NCBI GenBank assembly: GCA_047495785.1
Contig: JBLDXI010000031.1
Span: 930,001-994,000 of the forward strand
DNA length: 64,000 bases
Direction: 5' to 3'
From: Lepidodermella squamata
Lineage: Eukaryota; Animalia; Gastrotricha
Made by a program: the position numbers and the translations under genes
Shown: positions 23,723 to 33,761 of the stretch, in pieces
Layout of the letters: each line of letters begins with the position of its first letter
Numbering within the stretch: position 1 is the stretch's first letter
Notes under the pieces: model-generated
The model's input: only the letters and a program-made list of their open reading frames with translations
Databases searched by the model: none
Told to the model about the DNA's origin: nothing

Positions 23723-26700
23723 ATGGCTAAGGTGTCAATTCTTAATACCCTGTCAGCTTTTCTCCTTATTTTTAACAAATATTCGATTCCCTTTGAGCTG
23801 CCCTACAATATGGATTTGCAAGATATCAACTTCATTTCAATTATTCCCAGATCAGGCTCGATTTACAGCGACATAAGTGCTTCACCCGAGAGGTTTTTTT
23901 TATACAAAATGTTACTATGTCTAGTAATTTAACAGCAAGTATTCCAGTATGTTCATATATCCTCTAGAATTCTTCAACGACACTTTCAGCTTTTGCTCGG
24001 AGGACAAATTTTTCCCCGCCTGGAATTTACTACAAGCGCAGCTTTTCCGAGCGATAGCGGATGTAAACAGCAATCGCTCAATTTTGGGCGGCTTGAATCT
24101 TGGCTTTTGCTCGATTAACAGCTTTCAGCTTGCAGCTTTCCAATTTATGCCAGCCGATGGCTCGCTCGACTTGCGGCAAACCGAATAGCCTTAGCTAAAG
24201 AAATTGATTCCATTTTCAAATTGGGCGATCCCGTTCCATTGATAATAGGGGCATTAGAGAGCGACGTCACAGCGGCTGTTCTAGATCGAGCCCAAACTCT
24301 AGATATGCCTGTGATTGATTTCGGCTCCACTGCAGTGGAGTTTGACAACCGAGATAAATATTCGCTATATTCAAGAACAGTTCCTTCGGATGCAGATCAA
24401 ATTTCGGCTATTTTGGATTTGCTGGAAAGTCTGAATAGATCGTCCTGCGGGGTTATACTATACAGTCAAGGCGCATATGGAGAGTCCGCTCACGGTGTTA
24501 TCCGAAATCACTTGAGCTCTTGGCAAGCGGTCAAAATAACCTTTTCGAATGCTGACCAAATAATGAAGCTGTTAAACGCATCACAAGTCGAGACAATTGT
24601 GTGCCTCTGTGAGCGATGGGCATTTTCAAAAGTTGATTTAGTGCTGCGGCAGGTTGATTTCCGAGCAAAGCCTTTAGTTATCGCTGGCCACCTTTGGAAC
24701 GGCGATATGAACGATAAAGATTTCACAAAACCGGGATCCAATTACGACTTCATAGCTTCAGCATTAGCCATGGAGCCAGACTACACTTTCCCAGCTTATT
24801 TAAGCAGCACGGCGTTGGATTACGACCAATCAGGCGAGGGTAATACTATTTAGCTTCGAATTGATAGAAAATTATACACATCTGAACAATAATTTTTCAG
24901 CTTCACTAATTGAGTTTTGGAAATGGGCGATAGCGAAAAATACTCTGCAGTTCAACATTTTACCCTCAGGTATGGATGCTGTATGGATTTTTAAGGAATA
25001 TTGACCAGAATTTAATAGGCATAACGGTTGATGAATCATCATTTCCTGTGAGCAAATACACTTCGAGCATTCAAAAAGCTGTCCTTGCTGCTGTGTATGG
25101 CTTACGTGATTTTCTCAACGCAAGATGTCCCCCAGGAAGTGCAGCGTTGAAGGATAGATGTCCGAGGGCAACGCTGAATCGCTTATTGCTGGATGGCCGA
25201 GAGCTCCAGCGGTACATCGAAAAAGCTAAATTCAATGTACCCGGCATCAGAGAAACTTTCTCGTTCAACGAAAACAATTCTGTCGCGGGGCGATATAATT
25301 TTTCATATTACAACAGCGAGAAATCGCAATGGATAGAATTCCTTATATTGGGCGAAAGACAGTGGGCTTAAGTACTTCGGAAACAGCTCAATGTTCCTTA
25401 TTCAGGCCGCGAACTACACATGTGGCAATGACACAGTTGTGCACAAGTCAAATCAACTCTGGTTCGGATATGGATTGTTTAATACTCCTTGTCATGCAGT
25501 TCGTAAGAAAACCTATAAGATGAGCACTCAACCGAATTGCTCGGATCAGCTCGACGTATGTAAAGTTGTGACTCCATCTAGACAGGAAGCAATTAAAGGT
25601 TGGGATCTGGCAGTCCTGATTACTATCGCCATCTCTCTGGGGGTGATTTTTCTCTGTCTCACCGTTGCAACAACGACTTTCTTCATGCTAAACCGCAGGC
25701 TCACGACAGCCCCAAGCCGCAAACATGGACGATTAGACGAACGAGCCCTGGATGAAATATGGAATAGTGCGAATTTGATCGAGATCCCGCTGAAAAACTG
25801 CGATCAAATCGAAGTTGCTCTTGAGCAATACGAAGCTGGCGAAGAGCTGACAAAGAAATTCGTTGGCTTTGTTACAACCAGCGGTTTGAAATTATCAAAA
25901 AAAAGCATAGCTACAGGACATTATGGGGTTGTTTATGCCGGAGAATTGCAGGACGAGAGAGTCGCCGTAAAAATCCTCAAGTCTAGGAAGCCGGCGGATG
26001 TCGTCGAATTCATCCAAGAGGGTCTGTTAATGGCTTCGTTTGAACACGAAAATGTGCTGCGATTTCGAGGCATGGCTATGATGTCGAACTGGCCCGTTAT
26101 CGTTGTTCCTTTCATGCAAAACGGCAGCTTGCTGAAATTTCTCTTGAAGCATTCAAAATTGAATGGCATCTCTCAAAGCAAACTGTGGACATTCTCTTGC
26201 CAAATATGCAAGGCTATGGTCTATCTCTCATCTGAAAAGTTCATCCATCCATGACATCCATCGGGATCTGGCCTGTAGGAATATCTTAAATTGGCGATGA
26301 AAACCAAGCTATTATTGCTGACTTCGGTCTATCTCGCCAGCTTTACGAAAGCGAGTATTATAAGCCTGCAAACGCAAGCCGACCATTGCCGATTCGCTGG
26401 CACCCACCAGAGTCGCTTCGAAGCGAGAAATTTGGCGAAAAGAGTGATGTATGGTCGTTTGGCATTGTTTTGTGGGAGATTTACAGCCATGGCGAGCGGC
26501 CATATGCCCATATCAAGGAAGAAGCCGACGTTTTTACAGCTGTTTTGGATCGTAACGAGATGCTCCAACTACCCGAGAACTGCCCTAACGAAATGTAAGC
26601 TGTTTGTGTTGACTTTTCAAATAATCTAAACTGCAAAATAGTTACGCGATCATGCAAAGTTGTTGGAAACTCGCAATAGACGAACGACCTTCGTTTTCGC

Positions 26701-26759
26701 AGCTATTAGAACAGTTGGAGATGAACAGAGATACCGCACACTCTTCTGAGTCGATTTAA
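23723..26759 (+). pseudogene. Venus-flytrap (ANF-receptor/class C GPCR-type) receptor tyrosine kinase, VKR-like architecture; frameshifted
   Basis: Signal-like N-terminus. VFT motifs RAIADVNSNRSILGGLNLG, IIGALES, PVIDFGSTAVEFDNRDKYSLYSRTVPSD and AVLAAVYGL. TM LAVLITIAISLGVIFLCL. Kinase motifs GHYG, VAVK, HRDLACRN, DFG, YESEYY and SDVWSFG. Introns ~23893-23968, 24840-24900, 24970-25018, 26595-26641. Four frame-breaking lesions. Confidence 0.85.
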
Positions 26760-27256
26760 CACTTTAACTGCCAAAAATAGACTGCTAGATCCGATATTTG
26801 GATCCAAATCCTGGGTCTGTAAGTCTTTTTTTCGGGTCAACGATGCGTTGTAGAGCTAAAAGCCTGACGGCAAAGTGTAGGCCACGACTCGGCGGTTCTT
26901 TTGACACCAAATTCGGGGCCATAGACTTCAAGGAACGCAGAGATATCAACTTGTAAACACATTGAAATTTCGATTTTTGCGCCATAATCTGGATCTAATA
27001 ATTAAGTCCAATTCTTGGGTCTGATTTTTGGCTATAATCCAAACTTTCGACGCTATTTCACAGTCATTTCTAAAGACATGCTCACACCTTGAGGACCCGA
27101 GTTTGGTGTCGAAAGAACCGCCGGACCATGGTCTACACTTTGCCGTCAGGCATTTTGCCTTGCGACGCATTGTTGACCCGAAAAAGGACATTTTGGCAGA
27201 CCCAGGATTTGGATCCAAATGTCGGATCTCGCAGTCAATTTTTGGCAGTTAACGTG
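26760..27256. mobile_element. MITE with ~160-bp imperfect TIRs, TTAA-type (piggyBac-like)
   Basis: CACTTTAACTGCCAAAAA...TTTTTGGCAGTTAACGTG with long inverted arms. Left flank TTAA, right flank TCGA. A related copy at 22694-22948 ends at TTAA. Confidence 0.8.
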
Positions 27257-27329
27257 TCGATAATATGCATATGGAATGTTGTTTATTTGGCTTGTAGAGA
27301 GTATTTAGGAGAAATATTATTTACTTGGC

Positions 27330-29359
27330 ATGCATTTTGTAGTATTATTGTTACTGCCGTACCTTGCAAGTAATGCCTTGGTGCAACAGACTGAGCTCGG
27401 GGCAAGTACACCATTGCGGTTGGGCTTCGTGTTGCCGATCCACTATCAGGATAATAAATCAAGGTAAACACGGCTGGCAATCAAGCATAAAACCTAAAGT
27501 TTTAAATTTCAGCGGAAAATGTGGAAAGTTAAACCACGACATGGCAGTTTTGTCGGCATTTGCTCGCTGGTACCTTGAAAAATTCAATTTTAATTACGGA
27601 TTTTTGGGCCTCTCGGACCAAAAAGTCGGTTTTTACATGATCGACTCTTGCTCAAATTCTGCTATAGCGCTGGAACATTTTTTTAATCAACGCGCGCTAG
27701 CCGCAACAAATCCTCGCATGACCATCCCGATTTACATCGGACCTGCAAATTCTGAGCTCGCTTTCACCCTTGCACCAGCTTTTGAATCTGCCAAAGTGAC
27801 CTTGGTTAGTTGGGAAATGCCGGTATTGACGTGGTTAAGTTGTTCATTTACAGGTTGATTTCAGCGGCTCGTTCAGCGAGCTAGGCGACAAAACGAAGTA
27901 TCCTCGATACGCAAGGACCAGCCCAGACGATAAGAGCTTAGCAATTGCTATCGCAGATTTATTAGTCGATGCTTTTAATCAAACGTGCACGCTCGTAATC
28001 TATGACGACACGAATTTTATTGACCGATCCGCAGTCGAAGATCTAAGGACCGCCTTCAGAAACACTGGGCTGTGTGTTGCCGGTGAAATAGATTCTAAAA
28101 CTCCCTTCCAGGCACTCAACACCTCTGCTACTCACGTCGTTTGCCTTTGTCGAACAAATACATTATCGAAACTTATGAAAGCACTCAGAGGACGAAAAAC
28201 AAGCATCAAAATTGTTTTGGCGAGGTGCGTTTGAAAAAAGTTCAATCCTCACCTAGGGTTTATCTAGCCTTTTGAAATTGAGGGTGGGTAGTCGTAAAAT
28301 GGGATCGTAAAAAATGGACATAAAAAGCTCAAAAATAGCAAAAAGCTCGAAAGTTTGGGGTTGGGTAGCCAAATTTTGTGGGTGGGTTGAGGGTGACTAG
28401 ATAAACCCTTGCTCCTCACCAAGTTAATACAAGCGCTCTTGTAGTGATCCTGACGGAGGATTTGAAAACTTCAGGGAGAAAGTGGATGTAGGTCTAGTCA
28501 AGATTTCGCCTTTCCTTGGATCGATTCCGGGTGAGAGTGATTTTCGAAGTTGGCTAGCCAAAAGGCCTGTGTTGGACTCAACAATTGAACCTTGGCTCTC
28601 TGAGTGGATCGATGGTAGGATAATTAGCCTGTGCAATTCCTAGCAATGATTGCTATTGTTTTAGAGGGCGGAAATGTGGCGGAAATGAAATTAACCAGCT
28701 TTGCTTATCATTTGGGTGCGGCGATTTACTCAGCCATTCTAACTATGGAGAAAGTGGGGAAAGAATACTGTGCTGCTAAAAAAGAAAACTTATTCAACTG
28801 CTTGGTCAACGGAGATGATGCTTTCGCAAATTCTTCGAGGTTAGAAAGCCATGTTTACGAAATGGACCCTACCTCACTGGGACTGCCGTTTTCTTGGGAG
28901 AAAGATGGAAGTCCACCAGCAAGCTATGCATTTTACTCAATGGGTAGTGATTCAATGTGGACAAGAATTGCTACCTGGAACCTTCGGGAACGCGCTATTC
29001 GTGTCATCGATAGCAATGAAGCTAGAACAGCCTTCGACAGCCTTACAGGCCTTACCTCTTCCACCTGCCCCGCTGATATTTGCGACCGGAAAATGAATGC
29101 TATGAATATATCGATCAAGCAGTGTCCAGTAATTCGACCGATCGCAACATCGGTGACTACGCCAATTAACGAAACAAACGCAACGACCGCAGCATGTCAA
29201 ATTACGTCGAAAGCTGACAATGCGGCAGCTATCGTAGGGGCGATCCTCGGCTTTTTGCTGCTGGTCATTTCGATTGTTTTCATAATTTTCTGTTTGAGAA
29301 GTCGGCAAAAAGTCAAAAGGACTCAACAGCGGCTAGCAGAGCATAATGCGCCGCTATAA
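27330..29359 (+). CDS. Single-pass Venus-flytrap receptor with ~20-aa cytoplasmic tail and no kinase; exons 27330-27463, 27513-27804, 27853-28224, 28445-28614, 28664-29359
   Basis: Signal peptide MHFVVLLLLPYLASNA. VFT motifs LGFVLPIH, GFYMIDSCS, YIGPANS and VDFSGSFSELGDKTKYPRYARTSPDD. TM AAIVGAILGFLLLVISIVFIIFCL. The spliced frame is open; AATAAA at ~29407. Confidence 0.82.
28253..28411. mobile_element. G-rich MITE with 8-bp TSD (P- or hAT-type), copy in an intron
   Basis: TIR CTAGGGTTTATCTAG/CTAGATAAACCCTTG; flanks ATCCTCAC/CTCCTCAC; homologous to 32816-32981. Confidence 0.85.
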
Positions 29360-32160
29360 ATTCGACCTTGCTTTTTTGGTTTATTTTTTAAATTATATTT
29401 ATATGAAATAAATTATGCTGATTAAAACTACATTATTTTGCAAATTAGTTATTGCGTCTTCGTTTTGTAAATTAAGGAAACGTGAAACGCGGTTTTAGCG
29501 CAGCTGAGTCGTTGATCCAAGTTGAACCTGAACTTACTACAATGAACGCAATGTCATATCTCTGCTTGCTATCTATCTACTACTTGGCATTCTGAGGCGA
29601 ATAGATCTACGTTGTCTACTACTATCTTGAATCCGTCGAATGCAGCTTCTTGTCGTGTATTTTGTTAGAATGATAGGAAAACATTTAACCCAAAGTCTTC
29701 AGGATCTTGGTTGTTTTGGAGGCGCTATCTGTTCAGGAATAGCCTAGTCCGTTGTGGTAGAATTGGGAAAGATAATTCCATTATACTCCATTATAGTTGC
29801 TAACGAACGGGGTCTTTGACTTTCACGAAAGTTAGCATTTGCAATAGAGAACTTGGTTACTTGCTTTGAGCTTTGACTCTGTCTGTTACTCTGTCTGCGA
29901 TGATTTCTATCTCTGCCAGAGGAGAATAAGCTGAGGGCTGAGGCGTCCAAATTTCTTCGTGATAAACATAGTACATAGTTAAACGTAGCCATGGACTCTC
30001 GTTAATGAGCTAATCTGGAAATAGTGCCGTCTGCTGTCATAGCAAATGCTTATCTACCTATGCCTTGCCAATTATGTTGGCAGTGTGCCAATCTACGGAA
30101 CAAATTGCTATTCGTTTGTTGATGCTCGTTCTTCTATTTTTTTATTGACAGGCCTATGAACTCAATACATTCATTTCCCATCGAATGTCATGTCATCATA
30201 TTTGAATTATGATTTTAATTGTCGGAGCGATCTTTTGCGCTTACAGATGATACGCAATACCTTAATCCTTAATCTCATTTGTGGCTAGAAGGCATGGAAT
30301 CAGATTGACACTATCATTCGGAAGCTGGCAAGCTTGACTTCTGCAGCTGACAAGTTTATACTGTCAATCGAAGCCCTTTTGGATAACCAGAAATGGTGGC
30401 GGAGACAATCTTTCGGGATGCTGACGAGCCAGAGAGAATACCTAACCATGCTTGATTCTATATTCTATATTTTAATTTCATTCGCTTTTTATGTTTCATA
30501 GGCGTTAATATCGAATTTTGTCGGAGGATGATCTAAAATGAATGCTGGAAGTTGTTACCAATTCGGCTGTGTGGATAAAATGATATTCTACTCGGAGCCG
30601 AATCGATAGTTGGCAGGGCGAAAATTATTCTACTGATACGGATACGAGTATGACAAGTTGGAAATCGGAAATCAGTCAATGGGAAAATCAGTGCAAATCA
30701 TTGACGATATGATCGTATCGTTTACGAGTCACGAGTCGACAAGCAAAATGGCTCATCAGCTATCTTCAGCTATTTTAAATTCGCAATCTTTTAGCGATTA
30801 TCGTCGATAAAATAGCGGCTAATATCAACTCACTTGGACGATCCCTGATTTAATTTGTTCTTCCGTTGTTTTTTCTTGTTGATATAAATAAATGTTGAGC
30901 TTGGAAAACTCCGAAAAGTGTGTTTTGTCGACGCCCCAATTATCATGCATGGTCAAAGTTTAATTAGCAAGTTTGATTAGTAGCACAGCAGCAGCAGCAT
31001 CAGCAGGTAGCATCAGGCCGAAGATTGAGCTGAAATCGAGCGTTTTATCGTTTGAAGTTTAATTTCAGTGCAAGATGCAATATTTCCGCGATTTTCACTC
31101 TCACGCACGACCCACGATTTTCGATGACCAGTTGAGGGAGCCTCGGATTTGAGTCTAATTTTCAATCAGTGATGCGCAAACTTTTCAATACCCGGCGATT
31201 ATGACAGCCGGAAATGTCCATAATTTTCCATGGACCGATTGCACACATAATTGCACGTATTAAGCCCGAAGGCCAACCGGCCGCAAAAAAGGCTGAGACC
31301 AGCGGCCTGAGGCCTTAAAATCCAAGTTCGCGAACTAAAAATAGCCGAAATTGTGTTCGAACACAACCTGTCCATCTCGATTCATTTAATTCAACCGGCT
31401 ATTGGTTGATTACAGAAAAAGCTTTCAACGAAAAAAATAGTCGTATACAAGCATTTGGCGCAATATTTTCAAAGGTCTAGTTGCTCATTTATTGACGGTT
31501 TTTATGCCTGGAAAATACAAAGACCAACGACCAACCAGGTTCAAACTGAATATGGAGTTATCGCGTGAAAAATGGTCCAAGAAAATAAAGCAAAGGTTGC
31601 AATTTCAAAATTTTCGACCATCTCTTTTGGGCAACTTTAATAACAAATTATATATCCATCGGAACGAAAAACCGGTGGCATCAGCCGATTCCTTGTGAAA
31701 AACTGCAATAGAATTGCCAGACAGCCGATGGCGTTGTCAATTCAGGGCATCTTAAAATTCTGCACTACAAAAAATAATTCGGTGAAAACCGAGTGAAATT
31801 TCGCTGTTTAGTAATAACTGACTAAGAGTACTGAGTTTAGTAATCACCAAGGTAAAAACCGAATGTGGACTTCGTTAAAACCGAGATTTTGGTAATTACT
31901 ACAGCGTGAAAATTAACCGAGTAGGATAAAAGTCGGTTAAAACTCGGTTAAAACCAGATTCGTGAATACTTCAGTAGTTACTTTTCAATAAGTTTTTCTC
32001 GGTTTTCACCGATTGTCATTAACAGGTGTCATCAAAAAGCTAATTACTAATTACTCAGCCTCCTGAGGTCTCAGAGGCCGGGCACCATCCCAGATCCACT
32101 CCTTACATCGTTTGAAAGAATCGAAAGACAAATTACTTGACTTTTGTCGAAGTTGACTTG

Positions 32161-32232
32161 TGACGTCGGTAGGAGTCGAACCCGGGTCGCCTTGCCGAAG
32201 ATGTGGACGCGCTACCACTAGACCACGTTGCC
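32161..32232 (-). pseudogene. tRNA-derived sequence (pseudo-tRNA or SINE head)
   Basis: A box TGGTCTAGTGG and B box GGTTCGACTCC at tRNA spacing, but the acceptor, D and T stems pair poorly. Confidence 0.65.
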
Positions 32233-32815
32233 GCTCATATTAAGTGACGGTTAATAGGGGTATATAAGTTTCAAATCGGGTTTCTTCGCTTTTCTAACGC
32301 ACGCGTAAGGACTTAAGGCGGATGGTAAGAGGCCATATCCCACGTGGTCACCCTGGCGTTTCGTTCCCATATTGTTCATTTTGAATATTTGGTCTATTTT
32401 TTTTTTATTTTTTTATTTTTTTATATTTTGAAAATGTTTTCTAAAGCAGTTTTTCATGAGGAATCTCCTGGTGTAATTGGTTTTCCTCTAAGATGCATGG
32501 CTATAATCAGGTACCAGAGTGAGCACGTCAAAATTTGTTTATATTTACTCCATTTCTATTTTTCCTAATTATTATTATCCTAGTAATAATTATCGACTTC
32601 TATTATATGCTTATAGATTTCAATCCATCTAAATCTAAGCATATAAAAAGGCTATCTTGAAATCTAAGCCGATTAGTCTGCGAATTTTGTTTGATAGAGT
32701 TTGGAAACTACAAAGTAGAGTGGACAATTGATCCAAACAATTGACCCATGCGATTCTCAGAAGACTTTTAAATAATTTGACATGTCTATAGCGTAGAACT
32801 CAACGCTCAACGACC

Positions 32816-32981
32816 CAAGGGTTTATCTAGCCTTTTCGAATTGGGGGTGGGTAGTCGTAAAATGGGGTAAAAATGGACCTCAAAAGCTCAAAAATAGCCA
32901 AAAAAGCTCGAAATTTGGGGGTGGGTAGCCAAAGTTTGGGGTGGGTTGGGGGTGGGTTGAGGGTGGCTAGATAAACCCTTG
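32816..32981. mobile_element. G-rich MITE with perfect 8-bp TSD, nested in the CACTA element
   Basis: 17-bp TIR CAAGGGTTTATCTAGCC/GGCTAGATAAACCCTTG; TSD CAACGACC at 32808-15 and 32982-89. Confidence 0.92.
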
Positions 32982-33761
32982 CAACGACCTATAAGGCAGT
33001 TTTACCTCTGAGCGTTTTATTCCACAATTTAGCTTTCCTCCATGTCATCCACGTCAAAGCTAAAAAGTCGGTAAATAATCGGTTTATACAAATTATTAAC
33101 AGAGATATTTACCTAGAACTCGGTTATTACCCTAACTTTGCTGAGGTGATTACCAAGAACTCGGTTATTAAGAATAGTTTACTTAGGTGATTACCGAGTG
33201 CTTAGTTTTCACCAAGTTTCCGAAAAAGTGAATACCAGGCGTCAGATAATCACCGAGTTTTTTACCAACATTTTGTAATAACGGACTTTCGTGCTCGGTG
33301 AAAACAGACTTATTTTTTGTAGTGTGGCTCTGGCTAAAATTTTGCGGCAATGCGATGTTCACGATTTTAACTTTCGAGGCTCATTTATTGTGTGTAGAAA
33401 GTTTGAAGCACGAGGCCGGCGCCTCGCGACTAAACAACAAAATGCGCTCTAGTTTATCCACCTTGACGAATAATCAAACAAACGGCGCATTTTCAAATTT
33501 TTCCTACATGAAAATGTGCTCCCGGCCGCGAATCATTTCTCCGAATTCATGCTCGTTACTCATTAATTTAATATGAGCAGTGAATTACGTGGTGTTTTTC
33601 TGAGTGTTCCTCGCCGCGTGCCAGAAAAACAGTTGAGCAGTCGATGCCGAGTCTCTCTCGCAAATCTCGCACACATCGCACACATATATACATGTTGGTC
33701 CCGTTGAAACGATGAAACGATGAAAACAAACAAAGAAGTCAAAATGCTCAAAATGCTGGAA

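Larger units (their letters stand above)
31763..33324. mobile_element. Non-autonomous CACTA/CMC (EnSpm-like) element
   Basis: 15-bp perfect TIR CACTACAAAAAATAA/TTATTTTTTGTAGTG, 2-bp TG flanks on both sides, and arrays of (CT)CGGT..../....ACCGAG subterminal motifs at both ends. Confidence 0.85.

Noticed and set aside
24119-26290. Programmed frameshifting or an alternative genetic code rescuing the VFT-RTK
   Set aside because: There are four independent lesions with duplication signatures and no slippery sites, and neighbouring conserved genes translate cleanly in the standard code.
32161-32232. Functional tRNA gene
   Set aside because: Promoter boxes are present but the cloverleaf stems do not pair and no anticodon can be assigned.
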